A stretch of 64,000 nt of DNA, from the NCBI GenBank assembly GCA_964513845.1, contig CAZENT010000003.1, positions 70,809 to 134,808 of the forward strand. The letters are read 5' to 3'. Each line of letters opens with the position of its first letter. Position 1 is the first letter of the stretch. The translations under genes were made by a program, and so were the position numbers. This stretch comes from an uncultured Pseudomonadales bacterium (GTDB lineage Bacteria > Patescibacteriota > Microgenomatia > UBA1400 > MFAQ01). A model generated the notes under the pieces. The model did not search any database. It saw nothing but the letters and a program-made list of their open reading frames with translations, and was not told the origin of the DNA. Positions 59,126 through 64,000 of the stretch are shown here, in pieces.

Positions 59126-59293
59126 ATGAGACAGAAATCGACTGATATTGTTGAGGGTCAAGATTACCATCAGCAGTATGCTCAATCTTCCGATGAAATA
59201 AAAATGAGTAAATGGGAAAAAGCGGAGAAAGCAAAAAGGGGTGAGAGGCAGGGGTTGAGTAAGTTTCGGGTGGGTAAAATTGTAAAAAAATAA
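59126..59293 (+). CDS. possible small ORF (55 aa), rich in D/E/K/S/T, downstream of the ATP-grasp genes
   Basis: ATG...TAA frame MRQKSTDIVEGQDYHQQYAQSSDEIKMSKWEKAEKAKRGERQGLSKFRVGKIVKK. There is no clear SD and it is below the ORF-track size cutoff. Confidence 0.2.
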   Translation: MRQKSTDIVEGQDYHQQYAQSSDEIKMSKWEKAEKAKRGERQGLSKFRVGKIVKK

Positions 59294-59295
59294 TT

Positions 59296-59335
59296 TTCTA
59301 TTTCTTTCTTTCCTCTTTTGTCACTTAGTTTAGTC
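59296..59335 (+). repeat. partial family A 5' end (tttctttcctcttttgtcacttagt...)
   Basis: Matches the first ~35 nt of family A, then diverges into family B copy 4. Confidence 0.5.
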
Positions 59336-59373
59336 CATTTCACAGCCAAACCTTAATATTTCCCTCATTACTT

Positions 59374-59547
59374 GACCTGTCGCCTTATACCTTTTCAAAA
59401 ACCGGATGCTCTTTCGCCCTGCGCGAAAGCCATCCATTACTTGCAGCCAAAAATTCTTGAGACTACTCAAGAAACCAGGCTTTTTGGCTTTGCGCAATAT
59501 TTTTGAAAAAGTATTAAGGCTCCGGTCTAGATTGTTTTCGGGAAACG
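59374..59547 (+). repeat. structured repeat family B, copy 4 (long form)
   Basis: Near-identical to copy 2, with compensatory changes in both stems of hairpin 2 (outer gccaaaaa/tttttggc, inner ttcttgag-acta-ctcaagaa). Confidence 0.8.
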
Positions 59548-59635
59548 ATATAACTTCCTCATAAGAATAAAGTACTGCGGAATTTATCAATATTTTTTTA
59601 TACAGATTTTACGAGTATGGCTATACAATTGAGGG

Positions 59636-61201
59636 ATGAAAGGATGGGTGATTTTTTTTGTTGCTTTGGCGATTTATGGAGTGAGTGTTTTTGGAGAGTT
59701 TGTGCAGGACGATTTTGTCGTGATTAAAACTGCTCCAGATATGGGAAGTGTGAGTGCTTTGGGTGCAGTATTTACACGACCATATTATTTTATGAATGAG
59801 GGTGGGGGATCTGGAGCGTATCGACCGATAACGAGCCTTAGTTTTTACTTGAATACTTTGTTGACCGGCAAAGAACCTTGGGGATTTAGACTGGTAAATA
59901 TATTGCTTTATGCTGGAGTGTGTGTTTTGGTGTTTGAGCTGTTGAAAAAATACACCACAACAAAGATGGCTTTTTGGGGAACAATCGTATTTACAGTATT
60001 GCCAATACATACAGAAGCGGTAAATAATATTGTGGGGAGGGCGGAAATACTATCACTGGGATTGTTTTTGTTGGCTGTTTTGGCACAGATGAGAAGCAGG
60101 TGGGAGCTGTCGGCTATACTATTTTTGTTGGCGTTACTGACAAAAGAAATCGCAATTGTGGGCTTGCCGATTTTAATTTGTATTTTGATTTGGGGAAGGG
60201 AAAATAAAGATACAAAAAGGGGAGTTGTTTTCTTTTATATTTTGGTCACAGGATGTTATCTGATTTTACGAACGATGGTGTTGGGCAATGAATCAATGGG
60301 GAATGAAGCAACGATAGTGGAAAACCCATTAAAGTTTTTACCAACAAACCAGCGAGTAATGAATGCCTTTTCGCTGGTTCCGTTTGGAGTTGGGAAAATG
60401 ATATTTCCATGGCATCTTAGTTACGATTATTCCTTTAGTCAAATAAAGTTGGCGACCAGCTGGTTTGATATTCGAGTATTGTTGGGGATTTCTATGTCAC
60501 TTTTGTCTATTGGAAGTTTGTTGACAAAACTGAGAAAAAATAAGCTGTGGATCATGGGGCAAGCATTGTTTTGGGGGTCGCTGATGGTAACGGGAAATTT
60601 TTTGTTTGCTGTGGGGACTATTTTTGGGGAAAGGCTTTGGTTTTGGACGAGTTTAGGAATGGTTTTGATGATTACCTCACTGTTTCCCTTTCGTTCTAAT
60701 TCTTTGTTGGCCACCGATAATTTGTCGCTTCCTGCGAGCGACAATCATCTCGATTCTCGACTTGAATTTCCACTTCGTGGAACCAAGCAATTCAAGTCTG
60801 CGAAGCGTGGCACAAAGAACAAGAACTTCAAGGAACAATTCTTGGTAATCATTATCATGATGCTGGCTGGGAGAAGCTTTGTGCGGAATTTGGATTGGTT
60901 GTCGCAGGAAAGATTGTTTATTCATGATGCAAATTATGTAACGGGAAGTGTGATGGCGCAGACAAATAAAGCAGCGATGCTACTGATTAATAATGATTTT
61001 GAAGGAGGGAATCTGGCACTTGAGAAAGCAGAAAAGATCTATCCGAATTATCCGATGCTGATAAATAATCGAGGAGCGTATTACTTACATTTAGAGGAAT
61101 ACGACAAGGCTAGAGAAAAATTTGAAGAGTGTTTGAGGGTAAACCCAAGATTTTCTTTCTGTGAAAGTAATCTTATGTTGGTGAAGATTAACAAAGATTG
61201 A
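59636..61201 (+). CDS. TMTC/PMT-like polytopic membrane glycosyltransferase-like protein with C-terminal TPR repeats, carrying an in-frame family D insertion
   Basis: N-terminal FVQDDFVVI and YRPITSLSFYLN motifs (the DUF1736 / TMTC-PMT-like signature), about 9 TM helices and a C-terminal TPR (YPNYPMLINNRGAYYLHLEEYDKAREKFEECLRVNP). Residues LLATDNLSLPASDNHLDSRLEFPLRGTKQFKSAKRGTKN are encoded by the 127-nt repeat. Confidence 0.5.
   Translation: MKGWVIFFVALAIYGVSVFGEFVQDDFVVIKTAPDMGSVSALGAVFTRPYYFMNEGGGSGAYRPITSLSFYLNTLLTGKEPWGFRLVNILLYAGVCVLVFELLKKYTTTKMAFWGTIVFTVLPIHTEAVNNIVGRAEILSLGLFLLAVLAQMRSRWELSAILFLLALLTKEIAIVGLPILICILIWGRENKDTKRGVVFFYILVTGCYLILRTMVLGNESMGNEATIVENPLKFLPTNQRVMNAFSLVPFGVGKMIFPWHLSYDYSFSQIKLATSWFDIRVLLGISMSLLSIGSLLTKLRKNKLWIMGQALFWGSLMVTGNFLFAVGTIFGERLWFWTSLGMVLMITSLFPFRSNSLLATDNLSLPASDNHLDSRLEFPLRGTKQFKSAKRGTKNKNFKEQFLVIIIMMLAGRSFVRNLDWLSQERLFIHDANYVTGSVMAQTNKAAMLLINNDFEGGNLALEKAEKIYPNYPMLINNRGAYYLHLEEYDKAREKFEECLRVNPRFSFCESNLMLVKINKD
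60696..60822 (+). mobile_element. family D palindromic element copy 2, inserted in frame within the coding region 59636-61201
   Basis: A 127-nt stretch matching 58000-58126 at 126 positions. The host ORF reads through it without a stop, between the TM domain and the TPR domain. Confidence 0.8.
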
Positions 61202-61229
61202 CAAAGTTTATTAATGTGTGTTATGATTT
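61200..61229 (+). promoter_or_regulatory. sigma70-like promoter (TTGACA-17-TATGAT) with direct repeats acaaag...acaaag, upstream of the antitoxin copy 2
   Basis: Same promoter architecture as upstream of the first toxin-antitoxin copy. Confidence 0.45.
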
Positions 61230-61233
61230 TCGT

Positions 61234-61521
61234 ATGAGTACAGTGAGTTTGTCTTTAACCGACCATCAGGTATCCGAAATTGATAGATTATCTGGTGTTT
61301 TTGGCTTTGAAAACAGAAGCGAGTTTGTGCGGGCCTTGTTAAGAGCGACTTTGACTGATGAGGCATTAATTAGAAAAAGTGTGGCGTTCCCCTTTGAAAT
61401 CCCTTCTGAGAAATCTGCAAAAAAGATTGTAAGTGCATTTAAAAAGACTGATAAATATTCTCCAGAATTTTTGGCCGATCTTAAAGAGGGACTGGAGAAC
61501 AGTGAGTATTTTTCAAAGTAG
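61234..61521 (+). CDS. ribbon-helix-helix antitoxin, paralog of 32538-32828
   Basis: MSTVSLSLTDHQVSEIDRL...NRSEFVRALLRA RHH and a conserved C terminus (DKYSPEFLADLKEGLENSE versus GKYNEEFLKDLEVGLKKSE). Confidence 0.6.
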   Translation: MSTVSLSLTDHQVSEIDRLSGVFGFENRSEFVRALLRATLTDEALIRKSVAFPFEIPSEKSAKKIVSAFKKTDKYSPEFLADLKEGLENSEYFSK

Positions 61522-61773
61522 GTGGTGGTTTTTCCACCAAACGAAGCTGTTTTAAAAAAGTTAAAAAAATATGGTTTGGTTGGAAAATATATCAAACAGG
61601 TGAGGTTGTTGGAAGGTAATGTTTATCATCCCAGTTTGAATGTTGAGCTTTTGGAACCAAAGAAAATGGGTATTTATAGCTTCAGAATTGATAGAAAATA
61701 TAGAGCAATATTTATTTTTCGTGAGAAAAATGAAGTAATTGAGGTGATAAATGTGACTGTTCATTATAACTAA
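61522..61773 (+). CDS. RelE/ParE-superfamily toxin (intact copy)
   Basis: At 83 aa, HPSLNVELLEPKKMGIYSFRIDRKYRAIF matches the RelE/ParE fold pattern. GTG start directly after the antitoxin stop. Confidence 0.55.
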   Translation: MVVFPPNEAVLKKLKKYGLVGKYIKQVRLLEGNVYHPSLNVELLEPKKMGIYSFRIDRKYRAIFIFREKNEVIEVINVTVHYN

Positions 61774-61782
61774 GGTAAAATA

Positions 61783-63063
61783 ATGCTCGTGAATCGCAAA
61801 AAAGTAGCTGTGGGAATATCAGGTGGGGTGGATTCCGCCGTTGCGGCATTGCTCTTGAAAGAACAGGGTTATGATGTGACAGCGGTTCACTTGTATTGCT
61901 GGCCACCAAAAAGTGAGATAGAAAAAGATGGAATTTCTCGTGAGGAGTGGATAAAAAAGAACGGCTGTCGAGCTGATGAGGATAGGACTTATGCTCTGAA
62001 AACAGCCCTGGAGCTAGGAATACCCTTTAAGGTTTTGGATTTTTCGGAGGAGTATAACCAAAAAGTAATTAAGTATTTTTATGACGAGTATGAGGCTGGA
62101 CGAACGCCGAACCCTGATGTGATATGTAACTCGGAAATAAAATTTGGGATGTTTTTGGATTGGGCTTTGGAAAATGGATTTGACTATATTGCGACGGGGC
62201 ATTATGCACGACTAATCTGTGATAATTCAAGTCTGTCGACCACATCTCTTTTAGAAAACGGCAACGTCGTTTTGCCAGCGCAAAACGCGACCTGTTGCGC
62301 GTCAAAAAATCCTGTGAATACACAGGAACCAAGCTTTTTTGCCTTGCGCAATCTTTCTAAAACAGAAGATGGTCTCCGACCTTCTTATCACTTGATTATT
62401 CCTGCGGACAAGCATAAGGACCAGACGTATTTTTTATGGAAATTGACGCAGAAGGAGTTGGAACACACACTTTTCCCTTTGGGTGAGTTGGTTAAAAATG
62501 AAGTGAGAGAAAAAGCTGAAAAAGCTAATCTTTCGGTGGCTAAGCGTAAGGATTCGCAGGGAATTTGTTTTGTGGGAAATGTGGAGGCGAGAGAGTTTCT
62601 GGCCAGAAGACTTAAGGAAAATCCAGGTAAAGTTCTCGATATTCATGGGAAGGAAATTGGAAAACACGATGGGGTTTGGTTTTATACCATAGGACAACGC
62701 GGAGGCTGGGAAATAACGCCTGATGCGCAGAGAAAATTTGCCGGAAACGGTGTAACACCGGTGTTTTATGTGGTGTCTAAGGATGCGAAGATAAATATTT
62801 TGACCGTGGCTGAAGAAAATGAAGCTGGAGGAGATCAATTTGAAGTAGGCGAGATAAACAAAATATCAAAAACAAAATGGAAATTGGACCATCTGATTGT
62901 GCGTATTAGGCACGGGGGAGAGCTGATTGGAGCTAGGGGTATGGCAACTAAAGAAGGAATGCTGGTAATACTGGATAAAGAAATGAGAGGCATTGCGAGT
63001 GGGCAGAGTGCGGTGTTTTACGGTGAGGATGGAGAGTGTTTGGGTGGAGGAGTGATTGCGTAG
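61783..63063 (+). CDS. mnmA: tRNA-specific 2-thiouridylase MnmA, with a roughly 50-aa insertion encoded by a family B-like element
   Basis: VAVGISGGVDSAV PP-loop, ATGHYAR, DQTYFLW and C-terminal SAVFYGEDGECLGGGVI. The GHY...SYFLY spacing is about 50 aa longer than canonical MnmA. Confidence 0.8.
   Translation: MLVNRKKVAVGISGGVDSAVAALLLKEQGYDVTAVHLYCWPPKSEIEKDGISREEWIKKNGCRADEDRTYALKTALELGIPFKVLDFSEEYNQKVIKYFYDEYEAGRTPNPDVICNSEIKFGMFLDWALENGFDYIATGHYARLICDNSSLSTTSLLENGNVVLPAQNATCCASKNPVNTQEPSFFALRNLSKTEDGLRPSYHLIIPADKHKDQTYFLWKLTQKELEHTLFPLGELVKNEVREKAEKANLSVAKRKDSQGICFVGNVEAREFLARRLKENPGKVLDIHGKEIGKHDGVWFYTIGQRGGWEITPDAQRKFAGNGVTPVFYVVSKDAKINILTVAEENEAGGDQFEVGEINKISKTKWKLDHLIVRIRHGGELIGARGMATKEGMLVILDKEMRGIASGQSAVFYGEDGECLGGGVIA
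62255..62360 (+). mobile_element. family B-like palindromic element embedded in frame inside mnmA
   Basis: gtcaaaaa-atcctgtg-aata-cacagga-accaagc-ttttttgcc-ttgcgcaatctttct copies the family B hairpin 2 architecture and tail. The inner stem has fully compensated substitutions. It is translated as ...VLPAQNATCCASKNPVNTQEPSFFALRNLSKTE... Confidence 0.7.
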
Positions 63064-63201
63064 TTGAAAAAATGCTATGGGTTGTGTATAATAGGCGGGT
63101 AATTTAAAAACATCAATTTTTCTTTTTTCTTTCTTCAAAAAAATGAGGTGCTAAATGACTTGAGTTAGTATCCTTTAGTCATGTAGTCATGGAGGCACAA
63201 A

Positions 63202-63408
63202 ATGGAAGATTTCTACAAGCTCTGGGCGACAGAGCAGTTCGTCCGCGGTGGCGGAACTCGCCGCCAGGATCATGGTGAGTGGGCGAATACTCGTCATGGT
63301 AAACAGCGCTGGCACGACGAAAGTCGTTTCTACAATAGCCATGGTGACATTGAAGGGTTCGCTAACCGCAAGGTTTTTCGCCGCGGTGGCGTGCTCGAAA
63401 TCGATTAA
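63202..63408 (+). CDS. small basic W/H-rich protein, tandem paralog 1, locally GC-rich (by eye)
   Basis: GGAGG 8 nt upstream of the ATG. MEDFYKLWATEQFVRGG... is paralogous to the next ORF. The terminator lies downstream. Confidence 0.35.
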   Translation: MEDFYKLWATEQFVRGGGTRRQDHGEWANTRHGKQRWHDESRFYNSHGDIEGFANRKVFRRGGVLEID

Positions 63409-63428
63409 ATTTTTGAAAGGAATTAAAA

Positions 63429-63623
63429 GTGGACGAAGGTGATAAGTATAAAGAGTGGGCGGCTGAACAGTATGCTCGCGGTAACCATAAGGGTCGTCGT
63501 TCTCACGGCCATAAGGGTAATTGTTCTTGTCGTCGTCCCAACTGCCATCTTTGTCGCCGCTCGGATAGCGAGCAAGATAAGGTGGCAGAGCGACAGGCAG
63601 CTCGTCAAGATGCTGTCGTTTAA
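63429..63623 (+). CDS. small basic Cys/His-rich protein, tandem paralog 2
   Basis: GTG start after AAAGGA. ...DKYKEWAAEQYARGNHKG...CSCRRPNCHLCRR, followed directly by a perfect intrinsic terminator. Confidence 0.35.
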   Translation: MDEGDKYKEWAAEQYARGNHKGRRSHGHKGNCSCRRPNCHLCRRSDSEQDKVAERQAARQDAVV

Positions 63624-63629
63624 TAAATT

Positions 63630-63658
63630 GGCTCCGGGAAACCGGAGCCTTTTTCATG
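63630..63658 (+). terminator. intrinsic terminator ggctccgg-gaaa-ccggagcc + TTTTT
   Basis: Perfect 8-bp GC stem, GNRA loop and T5, seen directly in the sequence. Confidence 0.75.
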
Positions 63659-63699
63659 GAATGAGGAGTATTGATAGCTAATGTTTGCTATATTGAGAT

Positions 63700-64000
63700 G
63701 TGAAAGATAAACAGTTTAAATATTTAATTGTGGGTGCAGGACCGGCGGGAATGTTTGCCTGTTTTGAGCTTTTGAGAAAAAAAGTAGATGGGTCGAAAAT
63801 TGCCCTATTTGATATGGGATCTAGGTTGGAAGACCGGAAGAAAAGTGAAGTGATGACTGGGTTTGGTGGAGCGGGAACGTATTCAGATGGAAAACTACAT
63901 TACACACCGAAATTATCACACGAAAGAACGTTTCATTTGATTGATCCTGATGACTATCAAAAAATTCTTGATCAGGTGGAAAAGATTTTTAAAGACTTTG
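63700..64000 (+). CDS. FAD-dependent oxidoreductase, 5' partial (GTG start; continues past the window end)
   Basis: KYLIVGAGPAGMFACFEL dinucleotide-binding motif and GFGGAGTYSDGKL. Confidence 0.6.
   Translation, partial: MKDKQFKYLIVGAGPAGMFACFELLRKKVDGSKIALFDMGSRLEDRKKSEVMTGFGGAGTYSDGKLHYTPKLSHERTFHLIDPDDYQKILDQVEKIFKDF

Noticed and set aside
63187-63657. 156-aa minus-strand ORF antisense to the two small plus-strand ORFs
   Set aside because: The plus strand has an SD, paralogous tandem frames and a perfect downstream terminator. The minus ORF is probably a GC-rich shadow frame. The call is not fully certain.

Overview
This 64-kb window reads as a low-GC (about 40%), gene-dense fragment of a small bacterial genome, resembling CPR/Patescibacteria in its gene content. 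Almost everything is housekeeping and is encoded on the + strand. All calls below are by eye from the six-frame translations and the raw sequence, and no searches were run.

The core content is:
- An nrdR-nrdJ-cobA unit pairing a class II (B12-dependent) ribonucleotide reductase with a cob(I)alamin adenosyltransferase.
- Ten aminoacyl-tRNA synthetases within 40 kb (trpS, argS, lysS, thrS, tyrS, hisS, glyQS, aspS-like, asnS-like, leuS), plus a Trbp111/CsaA-like tRNA-binding protein and pth.
- ftsH, a standalone 5'-3' exonuclease, mutM, recF, an ATP-dependent DNA ligase, murB/murA, trxA/trxB, mnmA, a type IV pilin and a csp.
- Two tRNAs: tRNA-Ile(UAU) and tRNA(CAU).

Several families of intergenic palindromic repeats stand out:
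- Family A is about 183 nt and occurs three times plus a partial copy.
- Family B occurs four times intergenically, upstream of + strand genes, with clear compensatory base changes.
- Family C is a 23-nt palindrome-containing promoter region shared by leuS and an ATP-grasp operon.
- Family D is a 127-nt element present twice, differing at one position.
- One B-like copy and one D copy sit in frame inside coding genes (mnmA and a TMTC/PMT-like membrane protein). This resembles the in-frame palindromic elements described in Rickettsia.

Accessory content:
- A divergent gene pair of possible systems interest. On the minus strand is a five-gene secreted-protein operon containing a tail-fibre-like protein with an S74 chaperone-type C terminus and a very Cys-rich small protein. 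On the plus strand is a 7TM protein, an ATP-grasp::retropepsin fusion and two RimK-like ATP-grasp ligases.
- A tRNA-adjacent tyrosine recombinase next to a VirD4/TraG-like ATPase.
- Two paralogous RHH/RelE-like toxin-antitoxin modules, one with a toxin frameshifted in a poly-A run.
- Two tandem GC-rich small ORFs ending in a clean terminator.
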